64,000 bases of DNA from assembly GCA_963700635.1 (NCBI GenBank), contig CAVOYH010000003.1, positions 1,120,001 to 1,184,000 of the forward strand, given 5' to 3'. Source of the stretch: an uncultured Bacteroidota bacterium. GTDB taxonomy: Bacteria; Bacteroidota; Ignavibacteria; UBA10030; UBA6906. The notes beneath the pieces are model-generated. The model was given only the letters and a program-made list of their open reading frames with translations. It was not told where the DNA came from and made no database searches. The stretch's first letter is position 1. Every line of letters starts with the position of its first letter. A program made the position numbers and the translations under genes. Shown in pieces: positions 9,996 through 19,939 of the stretch.

Positions 9996-10561
9996 CAGGC
10001 CACCTCTTTCAGCACGCGTTCAAGCGCTTTTTTGCATTGATACTTTTTTGCCTTTGCCGTGTCGGCATTGGCAAAACCCAGTTGCGCGGCAATATCCTCC
10101 ATGGAGCGCTCCTCCCAGTAAAAGAGCAGGAGCAGCGTACGGCATGGCTCACCGATCTTCGAAAGTGCGTGTTGCACCTGTCCGGCCTGCTCGCTTTCCA
10201 CAAGCGCATCGAGCGGCGAATCACCCGGGTCGACAAGTTCATCGGGATCCGTGCCGCCGGACTGTTCCCGCTTCTTCCGTGCCAGGCGCCGGGACCAGAG
10301 GTTTTTGACGACGGCGAAGAGGAACGTTGACGTTTTTGCCGTGTGTTCATACCGTCCGCTTCTGACCCTCTCCCACAGAATCACAACTGCCTCCTGCAGC
10401 ATATCCTCGGCATCCGGCTGACTGCCGTTGTTACGCAGGATATATGCCTCGATCATGCCGCGGTTTTCGTGAAAAACATCGACCAGGGCCTCCTCGTCCC
10501 CATTCCGGAGCCGATCCAGGAGTCGGGCATCCTTGTCAAAAAAGAGCAGCGGAGAGGCCAT
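9995..10561 (-). CDS. ECF RNA polymerase sigma factor
   Basis: Region 2 DAEDMLQEAVVILW; region 4 SMEDIAAQLGFANADTAKAKKYQCKKAL (Bacteroidota-type). Confidence 0.92.
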   Translation of the reverse strand: MASPLLFFDKDARLLDRLRNGDEEALVDVFHENRGMIEAYILRNNGSQPDAEDMLQEAVVILWERVRSGRYEHTAKTSTFLFAVVKNLWSRRLARKKREQSGGTDPDELVDPGDSPLDALVESEQAGQVQHALSKIGEPCRTLLLLFYWEERSMEDIAAQLGFANADTAKAKKYQCKKALERVLKEVA

Positions 10562-10574
10562 TTACTTTTCACAG

Positions 10575-10627
10575 GTTAATGTCATTAACAGGCAGAAGGT
10601 AAACAAATGTACCGATTCACTAATCGG
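10575..10627. promoter_or_regulatory. Two inverted repeats in the divergent sigma/vWA intergenic region
   Basis: GTTAATG-T-CATTAAC at 10575-10589 and CCGATT-CACT-AATCGG at 10612-10627. Confidence 0.45.
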
Positions 10628-10657
10628 ATTTCAACACACTACCGGGAGGAATCTATC

Positions 10658-11974
10658 ATGCGTATCGCCGCCTTTGTGGTCCCGTTGCTGTTGTCAGGCC
10701 TGACCGTTACCGCTTGCAGTGGTCCGACCTCCATGATTACCGCGCGCCTCAACTCTCCCACGATTTTCGCGGGGGGTGGTCAGGTGTACCTTCAACTTTC
10801 TGTTTGTGTGCCCGGCGTCACGAGCCGCGAACGGAAGCCCATGAATGTGTCGGTTGTGCTGGACCGGAGCGGCTCCATGAGCGATCAGGGAAAACTGGAG
10901 TACGCCAAAGAGGCGCTTTGTACGCTGGTTGACCGGCTCCATGAGAAAGACATCCTGTCCATTGTCATCTATGACGATGTTATTGATGTGCTTCGTCCGG
11001 CCGGGAGGGTCGGCAACAAGGAGCAGATCAAACGGATTGTGCGCCGGATCCAACCCCGCAATTCCACAAACCTCGGGGGGGGGATGGTCGAAGGGTATCA
11101 GCAGGTCGAGCGGAACGTGGACAAGGAATACGTAAATCGCGTCGTATTATTGTCTGACGGGCTTGCTAATGTCGGCATCACAGACGACAGGGAATTGAGC
11201 CGCATTGCCCGACGTTACCGGCACAAGGGAATTTCGTTGACCAGCATGGGCGTCGGACTCGACTACAACGAGAATCTCATGGTCGCGCTGTCGGAGAATG
11301 GCGGAGGAAATTACTACTTTATCGAGAGTCCGCACGGACTTGCCCATATCATGGGGCGGGAATTTGATCTCCTGTCAACACTGTACGCCCGCCATGCATC
11401 GGTCGAGATTCAGCTTGGCGCGCAGGTGCGGGTGTCCGACGTGATCGGCCACGAATGGCGTGTGCAGGGTGGGACATGCTCCATCGAACTGGGTGATCTC
11501 TACGGGGGTGACAATCGGGACATCACGATTGAACTTCATGTCCCGCGGGGCGCCGGGTCAATACAGATTGCCGATGGCGTGCTCCGGCATACAGGAGAGA
11601 ATGCCTCACCGGTCCGGCTTGCGTCGTTCACCGCATCCGCCCGGTATTCATCCGACAAAGTAGAAGTAGAGAACCGGAGGGACATGGATGTTCAGGGGAA
11701 AGCGGACGTAGCCGTTTCGACACGTGCCGTGGAAAAGGCGACAGAGGCGCTTGACGCGGGCAGACAGGAGGAGGCCGAGGCAATCCTCGGAGCGGCAGAC
11801 CAGGCATTGCAGGCGTCTCCCGCGGCGGCGAGTACCGGCGCAGCAGGAGCAGCGGTACATGCTCAATCCCGACTCCTGCAGGAGTACAAGGAGATACTCG
11901 ATCAGGATAAAGACAGTAGAAAAGCGAAGAAGGAGATCCAGTACCGTAATTACAAAACGCAGAAACAGAAATAG
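10658..11974 (+). CDS. vWA domain lipoprotein (YfbK-like)
   Basis: Lipobox VTAC, MIDAS VLDRSGSM, STNLGGG, LLSDGLANVG; GGGAGG SD. Confidence 0.88.
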   Translation: MRIAAFVVPLLLSGLTVTACSGPTSMITARLNSPTIFAGGGQVYLQLSVCVPGVTSRERKPMNVSVVLDRSGSMSDQGKLEYAKEALCTLVDRLHEKDILSIVIYDDVIDVLRPAGRVGNKEQIKRIVRRIQPRNSTNLGGGMVEGYQQVERNVDKEYVNRVVLLSDGLANVGITDDRELSRIARRYRHKGISLTSMGVGLDYNENLMVALSENGGGNYYFIESPHGLAHIMGREFDLLSTLYARHASVEIQLGAQVRVSDVIGHEWRVQGGTCSIELGDLYGGDNRDITIELHVPRGAGSIQIADGVLRHTGENASPVRLASFTASARYSSDKVEVENRRDMDVQGKADVAVSTRAVEKATEALDAGRQEEAEAILGAADQALQASPAAASTGAAGAAVHAQSRLLQEYKEILDQDKDSRKAKKEIQYRNYKTQKQK

Positions 11975-12119
11975 CGGGATGGTGGCCGGCCGCGTGAACG
12001 GCTGGACTCATGCGCACGTGCATACGGCTGTTCGGTCATACTGCCCCGAGGGCATATGCCGGACAGCCGTCCGGTTCTTTTTTCCAGATTCTCTTCCGTG
12101 ACAGCCGGAGGGAATCGAT

Positions 12120-12276
12120 CGAGAGGGAAGGGAGCGAACGTTTTATCTCGTACACGAACCTGGAAGCGGGCACCTATGCATTTGCCGTGACGGGCTGGAA
12201 CAGAGGCACCGACTGGCTTCCCCGGGTGACAACGGAGAACGGAACAACCCTACTCGTGCTGTTCAGGAAACAATAG
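12120..12276 (+). pseudogene. Remnant of a Y_Y_Y domain (two-component regulator propeller sensor)
   Basis: ERFISYTNLEAGTYAFAVTGWNRG resembles the Y_Y_Y consensus YtnLppGxYxfxV; no upstream propeller and no credible start. Confidence 0.5.
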
Positions 12277-12287
12277 GGTATCCTGCT

Positions 12288-14267
12288 CTACTTCTTCAGT
12301 ACAAGAGATCCTTCTGCCGTTTCGAGGATGGTATCAAGGAAGCCGGTCAACTTCGTATACTCACCAGCCGGGATTTGTTGCTCCGGAAATTGCAGGGTCA
12401 TCTCGATGCGAATGCTCTCCCCCTTTTTAACAATGCGGGTTGTGCACGTTGATGATGACGGACCACTCGTAATTCCTTCAGGAGGAGTCCGCGCGATGGT
12501 GTATCCCGGCGGGATTGATATATCCCAGCTGAGGTCCAGAGTCCAGGGCAGCGGGAAGCGGATATCGGCCTGCCTGATCGGTTTGTTGAATGCTGACCGG
12601 AGTTGACGGATCGTATGGTTCCGTAAATTGACGGTAAGAAGACGGTCAACCGAATCAACGCCGGCCCTGGGTTGACCGGTTGATGTTATGGTGACATGGG
12701 TACTGTCAAGCCACTCCTTCTGCATGATTGAGTCTACGCGCGAGAGACAGTGTGTCGTCAACAAGTTAACGATCTCATTTTCGACTTTGTCTGTCCCCAC
12801 GCGTTGGAGTCGCTTCCGGAGGGTACTGGCATGCGATGTGTTATACCTGAGCGTCATACAGTCGGTCATGCCACCGGCGAGGATGTGATGCTGTTCTGTG
12901 AGTTGCTCGCGTATTGAAGCCGGCGGAGGCGCGAACGTCAGGATCGGGGAACTGGCTTCGCGGACAAGAGGAAGTCTCTGGCCCACGAGGAACCACGGGG
13001 GTTCAAATGCCGTCGGGAGTGTAGGTTCGAAATCATAGACTCTCTCTGTTTCGCCTATCTGCACACACACACCGATTCTGTCGAACCAACTGAGTGTCGG
13101 TATATCATCGTAAAACACGCCGTCGCGGCTGTCCCGTATCCACACCGCATCGGCGCGCACATCCCACTTCCGAAGGATACGGAGTAGAATATATGCCAGA
13201 TCTGAAGCATCCCCCTTACGTTTTTCAAACAACGATCGCACATCGTCGCTGAGAGGAACGATAGAACTCGTCATCGCGATTGTGAACTGTTTACGCAGGG
13301 CGGTGTAGAGGCGGTCCACTATATCCATGGTGACCGGTTTCGGACCGGATGCCGGGAACCCCAGTCGCTCGATGTCGGATCCCGCGACATTGTCACCGTC
13401 AAGATATTTCTTTGCAAACGTCTCGGCAAGCCATCCCCAGTTCCCGATGGATGTTCTGTTTATCCCGAATTTTTCGACAACGAAGGCGGTGAACATGCTC
13501 CGATCCTCCCGCGGTGGAGCATAGGGCTCGGATGGAACATCGGGTATCTTCTGCAGATTCCACACCCGGGAATCGCCCGCACCGTAGGAGTTGGTCATAC
13601 GCTGCAGTTTCGGTTCCCCTACCCGCTCCAGAGGTTCACTCATGTATCGCACATCGGCTGCGGCCGGAAGGGTAATGAACAAATTCGAGAAAAGAACCGG
13701 GTCTTCTTCGTTATAGAAGAAGATTTCGCTGGGCGACACGGTGAACTTGTCCTGCGCATCGTATTCGATCTGCAACACATCCCCCGCGGCGAGATCCGGG
13801 ATCTTGAAGAGTACCCTGCGTTCAATCGGATCACCTTCATCGTTAGTCCGCGATGTGACCGGTTCCAGCAATTCCTCATCGACGGTGATGATGGAACCGT
13901 CCGGCTTCTTCACCCGTATGTGCGCGACAAAGCCGTTCGGCAATTCATCTCCGTACGGCTCGTAATACGTATAGGAAAATGTGCCGTAGCGCTCGACTGC
14001 TGCATGCGTGAGAAGCTTGACGATCAGGATATTCGTACTGTAAGAACTCAGTCCGGTATACGTGATGTCGAGTCGCTCGGCCTCACTGCGTAACATCTGG
14101 AATCCACGCTCCCGCAACACGATAATCGCGTCATACGCCGGAAATTTCTCCGGCGTTAATTGCGAAAGCAGGGCATCGCCGGGTATCGCCCGTTTGAAAT
14201 CGCCTTCGGCATAAATTAATCCCACACCCAACACGCAGACAACGAGGATAAGCCAGAGAATCTTCAT
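12288..14267 (-). CDS. DUF3857 / transglutaminase-like protein lacking the catalytic Cys
   Basis: Signal peptide, FKIPDLAAGDVLQIEY (DUF3857-like), KGDASDLA in place of GDCKD, C-terminal DUF3858-like domain. Confidence 0.75.
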   Translation of the reverse strand: MKILWLILVVCVLGVGLIYAEGDFKRAIPGDALLSQLTPEKFPAYDAIIVLRERGFQMLRSEAERLDITYTGLSSYSTNILIVKLLTHAAVERYGTFSYTYYEPYGDELPNGFVAHIRVKKPDGSIITVDEELLEPVTSRTNDEGDPIERRVLFKIPDLAAGDVLQIEYDAQDKFTVSPSEIFFYNEEDPVLFSNLFITLPAAADVRYMSEPLERVGEPKLQRMTNSYGAGDSRVWNLQKIPDVPSEPYAPPREDRSMFTAFVVEKFGINRTSIGNWGWLAETFAKKYLDGDNVAGSDIERLGFPASGPKPVTMDIVDRLYTALRKQFTIAMTSSIVPLSDDVRSLFEKRKGDASDLAYILLRILRKWDVRADAVWIRDSRDGVFYDDIPTLSWFDRIGVCVQIGETERVYDFEPTLPTAFEPPWFLVGQRLPLVREASSPILTFAPPPASIREQLTEQHHILAGGMTDCMTLRYNTSHASTLRKRLQRVGTDKVENEIVNLLTTHCLSRVDSIMQKEWLDSTHVTITSTGQPRAGVDSVDRLLTVNLRNHTIRQLRSAFNKPIRQADIRFPLPWTLDLSWDISIPPGYTIARTPPEGITSGPSSSTCTTRIVKKGESIRIEMTLQFPEQQIPAGEYTKLTGFLDTILETAEGSLVLKK

Positions 14268-16008
14268 GAGTCGGTCCTGTAAAATGTGTCCAGATGGATC
14301 CAGCGTCTTCGTAGATCAATGTGATCAAGGAGAAATTGAGTGGCGGTGTCTTTCTCAAACGGACCCGACGGGAGGGAAACGGTAATGGCCCAGTCGGATC
14401 CGGCCCCCGGGTTTTTCTCCGCTCGGAAAACGTCGCGGAGATGCACAGCGATTCGTATCCTGCTGTAATAGGGATTGTAGAAGATCTCGCTCTCCTGCCC
14501 TGGGGGGGGCACTTCGGGCACAAGTTCCGGAAAAACACGCGAAAAGCTGAGGTACACTGCAGAATCTATTGACGTGAGTGCGTTCGGTAATTCACAGCTC
14601 ACAACGAGAAGGAACGAGGAGTCGGTGCTTCCCCAGGAGACCTTTGATGGGCGGAGCCTGCTGCTCACCGACCGCTCCAGCCACCGTACACAGGCTTCAT
14701 GAATCGTAACAGTGTTTCCGTAGTTCTGCAGGTAGAGGAAGGGCATTGCGTACTGATGCTGGAGCCGGAACACCAGGTTGCCCTGCAACGAGGTGCCGTC
14801 GGAGGTGAGTTGTCCGTCGATCGCCAGAAGATTACGGGGGTACTCTGCTATGGTCTGAATCCGCGATCGAACCGAATCAAGGATCAGTGCCGGCGCGTTG
14901 AGCAAATCATCAGACGTGATCCCCGGAATGCCTGATCGGTTCGTTCCGTCGTACCAGTAGTCCTTGCCCCCATCGGAGAAGTAGACGATCATGTGATTAA
15001 ATTGGGAAACGGGTACCTCGGGATAGAACCGGTATCCACGTCCCCGATGGCACAAGGCAAGACGCGCTTCCAGGCCCGCCGCCCGCGCGAGCGTATACAG
15101 GACGCTTGCGTAGTCCTTACAATCCCCGTATTTTCGTTGCAGGGTGATCGGTGCAGGATTTGGAACAAACTCCCCGCGTTCAAGATATACCTGTTCATAC
15201 CGCAACAATTGCTGGCAATACCTGAATAGCGCATCCATCCGGGTTTTTGGTCCGTGTGACCGGCGACAACGTGCTGTGCCAGCAGTCTCAGTGAATCGGT
15301 GATGGTGACATTCTCGGCGATCAGTGAAAGGTACCATGTGCCAAACGATTCCCAAGTTGTGATACCCGTCGTGGGCATGACGGCCAGAATTGCCGGCGCG
15401 TTGTTCCGGGGACTGAACGTATGAGTGAATCTGGGCAGCACCGTGTTGCGCCAGCGAAAGATGTACCGACGTATCAGCTGTGAATCTACTATCTCAGGCG
15501 AAATGCTGTCGTGTACAACCTGGTACTGGAGGGTACAGTTCTTGGGAATGGCAAATGTGCAGCTGACGTGCGCAGCGTTATGGCCGGGTTCATCGATGGA
15601 GAATACAACGCCCAGTCCGCCCAGTGATCGACGGTGGATGGTAAGGACCTCGAGAAGATCTCCCTCGCGAAACGCCCGCGCGGGCGGCAGAGAGCGTATG
15701 CCGGCGTTGACGATTGCGTTCGTGAGACAAGATACTGCTCCAGACAAGGTCATTTCTGCCGAAAGTCTTCCGACCGCCTCGGCCTGTAAAACCTGCGCCT
15801 CGAAGTGTTTCAGGTGGTCCATCGAACCATCGTAGATTGTGCAGGCGGAGAGGGCGGGCCTGACATCTGCGCCGACCCTCAGTACGATTCTTGTCGTGAC
15901 GGAAACCTCATCCGCCCCCGCATCGGCGAACGTGCGATCGTAAGACAGAATCTCGTGACTGCTATACTCCGGATCAGAGAAGTCCTGCAGGACCGACCGC
16001 TGGAGCAA
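14264..16008 (-). CDS. DUF3857 / transglutaminase protein, split by a 1-nt deletion near 15245; start uncertain (possibly TTG 16024 with a second indel)
   Basis: Two overlapping ORFs join at an A5 run (QK-TRMDALF). Catalytic motifs YGDCKDYA, FNHMI and WYDGT are present. Confidence 0.75.
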
Positions 16009-16098
16009 AAAGGAGGATGTACAACCGGCTCTTTCCCCTCTCCTCTCTTTTCCTTATGTTATATCGTTTCCTGTCTTTCATAGTGAGGCCAGCACGCC

Positions 16099-16992
16099 AT
16101 GTCACATCCCGGGTCGTTTCGAATCGGATTGGTGCAGATGTCCATGTCTGCGGATCCCGCAGTCAATCTTGCCAGAGCTGTTACGTTTGTCAAACAGGCC
16201 GCAGCAAAAGGCGCGCAGGTTATCTGTCTGCCGGAGCTCTTCCGGTCGCACTATTTCTGCCAGCGCGAAGACGTGGGGCGTTTTGATCTGGCGGAATCTG
16301 TTCCCGGACCTTCAACGCAGGCGATCGGTGAAGTGGCGAAGGCGAAAGGAGTTGCCGTCATTGTGCCCGTGTTCGAACGTGTTGCAGCCGGTGTGTACTA
16401 TAATAGTGCCGCAACAGTCGATGCCGATGGTTCCATTGTCGGATTCTACCGCAAGATGCATATTCCCGATGATCCGTCGTATTATGAAAAATTCTATTTT
16501 GCACCGGGTGATCTGGGTTTCAGGGCCTCGGACACGGCCTTCGGAAGAATCTCCACGTTGATTTGTTGGGACCAATGGTTCCCGGAAGGGGCACGACTCT
16601 CCGCGATGCAGAACGCTTCTGTGCTGTTCTATCCGACGGCGATCGGCTGGCATCCGCATGAAAAACAGAAACACGGAAGTACGCAGCAGGATGCCTGGCA
16701 AACCGTCCAGCGGGGCCACGCGATTGCCAATGGCATCTATGTCGCGGCGGTAAACCGTACAGGGATCGAGAAAGAGAGTCCCGACGGCGCCGGCATTGAG
16801 TTCTGGGGATCCTCATTCATCTGCGATCCACAGGGCGTCATACTTGCTGAGGCGTCAGCGGACAAGGAAGAGATTCTCCTGGCGGAGGTGGATCTTGATC
16901 ATCTTGAAACAGTCCGCCGGCACTGGCCGTTTTTCCGGGACCGGCGGATTGACATGTACGGAGATCTGTTGAACCGGTTTGGCACACCATGA
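16099..16992 (+). CDS. aguB: N-carbamoylputrescine amidase (carbon-nitrogen hydrolase)
   Basis: LPELF, YRKMHIPDDP, YYEKFYF and ICWDQWFPE motifs; adjacent to agmatine deiminase. Confidence 0.9.
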   Translation: MSHPGSFRIGLVQMSMSADPAVNLARAVTFVKQAAAKGAQVICLPELFRSHYFCQREDVGRFDLAESVPGPSTQAIGEVAKAKGVAVIVPVFERVAAGVYYNSAATVDADGSIVGFYRKMHIPDDPSYYEKFYFAPGDLGFRASDTAFGRISTLICWDQWFPEGARLSAMQNASVLFYPTAIGWHPHEKQKHGSTQQDAWQTVQRGHAIANGIYVAAVNRTGIEKESPDGAGIEFWGSSFICDPQGVILAEASADKEEILLAEVDLDHLETVRRHWPFFRDRRIDMYGDLLNRFGTP

Positions 16993-18053
16993 CACCCCGC
17001 ATGACACAGCCCTTTACCATGCCTGCTGAGTGGGACCGGCACGAAGCCACCTGGATCGGCTGGCCCGCCAACGTGACGGATTGGCCCGGAAAATTCGCCC
17101 CGATCTCCTGGGTGTTCGGAGAGATGGCGCGGAAAATTACGCCGGGAGAACACCTCCGCATTCTCGTGAACAACCCCGCACACGAAACCAGGGCCCGGAG
17201 AGTGCTTCTGCGTGCCGGCGTCGATCTCGCTCAGGTATCGTTTTTCAGAGTGCCGACAAACCGTGGCTGGACACGCGATATGGGACCGATGTTCGTCCGT
17301 TCAGAAGAAACCGGCCAGACCGCAATTGTCCGGTTCCGTTTTACGGCCTGGGCAAAGTATCCGGATTACAAAAAAGACGATGCGGTGCCACTCCGTGCCG
17401 CAGAGAAATTGCGGAAGCATCTTATTCCGGTGACACACGAAAACCGGGATGTCGTACTCGAAGGGGGAAGTATAGAGGTCAACGGAAAAGGCACACTCCT
17501 GACTACCGAAGAGTGCCTCTTGCACCCGACCATACAGATCCGCAATCCGGGGTTCACACGCCAGTCATACGAGGACGTCTTCCGGACCTACCTGGGCGCC
17601 ACGAATGTGATCTGGCTGGGGAACGGCATTGCGGGGGATGATACACACGGACATGTGGACGACCTCTGCAGATTTGTCAACGATCACACGGTGGTGATCG
17701 TGGAAGAGAAGAACCCCGCCGACGCCAACTACAATGCCTGCCGTGACAATATCGAACGGCTTCGGAGTGCGCGACTCCAGGATGGATCGTCTCTTGAGAT
17801 CGTGCCGCTGCCAATGCCGGCGCCGCTGACTTTTGACGGCCAACGGTTGCCGGCCAGTTATGCCAACTTCTACATCGCTAATGCGGCTGTGATCGTGCCT
17901 ACGTTCAATGATCCGAACGACCGCACCGCACTGGGTATTCTTGGAGAACTCTTTCCTGACAGGCCCGTGGTGGGAATCCATGCGGTGGATCTTGTGCTGG
18001 GGCTGGGTACGCTGCATTGCCTGACGCAGCAACAGCCCGCAGGGCAGGGATGA
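16989..18053 (+). CDS. aguA: Agmatine deiminase family protein
   Basis: MPAEW, WTRDMGP, LEGGSI, DTHGHVD, ASYANF and GTLHCLTQQ motifs. Confidence 0.93.
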   Translation: MTPRMTQPFTMPAEWDRHEATWIGWPANVTDWPGKFAPISWVFGEMARKITPGEHLRILVNNPAHETRARRVLLRAGVDLAQVSFFRVPTNRGWTRDMGPMFVRSEETGQTAIVRFRFTAWAKYPDYKKDDAVPLRAAEKLRKHLIPVTHENRDVVLEGGSIEVNGKGTLLTTEECLLHPTIQIRNPGFTRQSYEDVFRTYLGATNVIWLGNGIAGDDTHGHVDDLCRFVNDHTVVIVEEKNPADANYNACRDNIERLRSARLQDGSSLEIVPLPMPAPLTFDGQRLPASYANFYIANAAVIVPTFNDPNDRTALGILGELFPDRPVVGIHAVDLVLGLGTLHCLTQQQPAGQG

Positions 18054-18105
18054 ATGTTGATGGATGGTTACCTACAGGCTGGCAGTACCACAGGACACGT
18101 GCGAC

Positions 18106-18630
18106 ATGGAACTTGAAAAACAACTTCTTGCAGAACACAGCAGGCACAACACCGACCGTATTGTCCGCTGGGTGGGCCGGGATCCCCGACGGCTTGCCAG
18201 GGTGATGAAGATATTTCTCGGAAGTGATGCCCTGTTGACGCAGCGGTCTGCCTGGATCGTGGGTGTGCTTGCAGATCACCACCCCGCGATGCTGGAGCCC
18301 TGGCTCGGGAAGATGATCCGCAAAATGAAGGAACCGGGCGTCCACAATGCGGTTCGCCGGAATGTGGTGCGCGCGCTTCAATTTATGGAGATTCCCCCGC
18401 GCCAGCTTGGAACAGTTGCGGCAGTATGCTTCGACGAACTTACTTCGGGTGGGAGTCCGGCCGCCGTGAAAGCATCAGCAATGAGTGTGCTTGCCCGGAT
18501 TGCCCGGCGTGAGCCTGACCTCGCTAGAGAAGTGCGCCTCGTGATTGAGCAGCAACTCCCCTATGCACCCGGGTCGTTCCATGCCCGGGCACGCAAGATT
18601 CTCCCATCCATCTCCCGGCAGGCCTTATGA
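18106..18630 (+). CDS. Hypothetical alpha-helical (HEAT-like) protein
   Basis: Helical repeat pattern (QRSAWIVG, VRRNVVRAL, VKASAMSVL); operonic position. Confidence 0.7.
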   Translation: MELEKQLLAEHSRHNTDRIVRWVGRDPRRLARVMKIFLGSDALLTQRSAWIVGVLADHHPAMLEPWLGKMIRKMKEPGVHNAVRRNVVRALQFMEIPPRQLGTVAAVCFDELTSGGSPAAVKASAMSVLARIARREPDLAREVRLVIEQQLPYAPGSFHARARKILPSISRQAL

Positions 18631-19760
18631 CTCATTCCACGGGACTATGGCTTCTCCTGTGTTGGATTTTTTATGCCGGCCCGCTGAACGAACACGCCTT
18701 CGGGTGGGGAAACACTGCGCACAGAATTATCAACCGGGACGCTGTGCTCCATTTGCCTTCCTCGATGCAACAGCTTGTCAACCAGCGATCGTACCTCGCC
18801 GATCATGCCAGTGATGCCGACTACCGGAAATCGTCCGATACTGCCGAATATCCGAAACACTATCTGGATCTCGAAACCTATCCTGATTTCAGCCAGCTTC
18901 CACCCCAGCTTGGGCTGGTTGTCCAGCAGTACGGCTGGAGTACGGTCAAAGCAAACGGTATCCTTCCGTGGGCGACTGCATGGGCTGTTGACTCACTGGT
19001 AGTCCAGGCGCGGCGGGGGGACATGACGAAGGTGTATCAAACGGCCGCCGACATCGGTCATTACATCGGAGACGCATTCCAGCCCCTTCATTGCACGATC
19101 AACTATGACGGCAAGTTGACGGGCAACGACGGAATCCACTCCCGGTATGAATCGAGTATGATAAACCAGTATCAAACGGCACTCAGCGTTTCGGCCCAGC
19201 CGCTCCACCTGGTGGCAGATCCGTATGTGTATGTGTGCAATCTGATAATCGGGTCGAATGCTCTGGTGGATTCAATCCTGCGAGCGGACAATGCCGCGAA
19301 AGTCGCCTCGGGATGGAGTGGCAGCGGGACAGTGCCAGCCGCGTACTATGCGGCGTTATGGCAGAGGGTCGGGCCTATGACAGCGCAACTGGTACAGGAC
19401 GCGACGATCGCTGTTGCTTCTCTCTGGCAGTACGCGTGGATGCAGGCAGGACTCATCGACCCTCTGGCGGTGACCGGCGCCGTAACGTTGCCGGGGACGG
19501 CCACGCTTCTGCAAAACTATCCCAATCCCTTCAATTCTTCGACCAGCATTCCCTTCACCGTGGCACAATCCGGCCCCACCCGGATTACCATCCGCACACT
19601 TCTCGGGCAGGAGATCGCCGTGTTGTATGACGGCATTGCGACTGCGGGGGAGATGCATCAAGTACGGTTTGACGCGGGTCATCTGGCCACCGGAGTATAT
19701 CTCTACGAGCTCCACAATGCTGGCCGGAGCCAGGTCCGGCGCCTCCTCCACCTGCGATAA
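18627..19760 (+). CDS. S1/P1 nuclease / Zn-dependent phospholipase C fold enzyme with T9SS sorting domain
   Basis: Mature N-terminus WGNTAH, GHYIGDAFQPLH, GIHSRYE; C-terminal QNYPNPFN..GVYLYEL. Confidence 0.85.
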   Translation: MTHSTGLWLLLCWIFYAGPLNEHAFGWGNTAHRIINRDAVLHLPSSMQQLVNQRSYLADHASDADYRKSSDTAEYPKHYLDLETYPDFSQLPPQLGLVVQQYGWSTVKANGILPWATAWAVDSLVVQARRGDMTKVYQTAADIGHYIGDAFQPLHCTINYDGKLTGNDGIHSRYESSMINQYQTALSVSAQPLHLVADPYVYVCNLIIGSNALVDSILRADNAAKVASGWSGSGTVPAAYYAALWQRVGPMTAQLVQDATIAVASLWQYAWMQAGLIDPLAVTGAVTLPGTATLLQNYPNPFNSSTSIPFTVAQSGPTRITIRTLLGQEIAVLYDGIATAGEMHQVRFDAGHLATGVYLYELHNAGRSQVRRLLHLR

Positions 19761-19828
19761 CGTACATTCCTGTTCCGGAAAAATCCGTCTGAATCCTGTC
19801 TGATCCCCTCCCTCTGCTTCGGTGGCCA

Positions 19829-19854
19829 GGAACTTCACAAGCCCATCGCGGGTT
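19829..19854 (+). promoter_or_regulatory. Putative ECF sigma promoter GGAAC-N18-GTT
   Basis: GGAACTTCACAAGCCCATCGCGGGTT, about 85 nt upstream of the lipoprotein start. Confidence 0.45.
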
Positions 19855-19939
19855 ACGATAGAACAGGATTGTTATCCGCCCCGACGAAGAGAGAGCCATC
19901 TTCAACTATCACACACCCACACCCAGGAGGACAAGTGCC

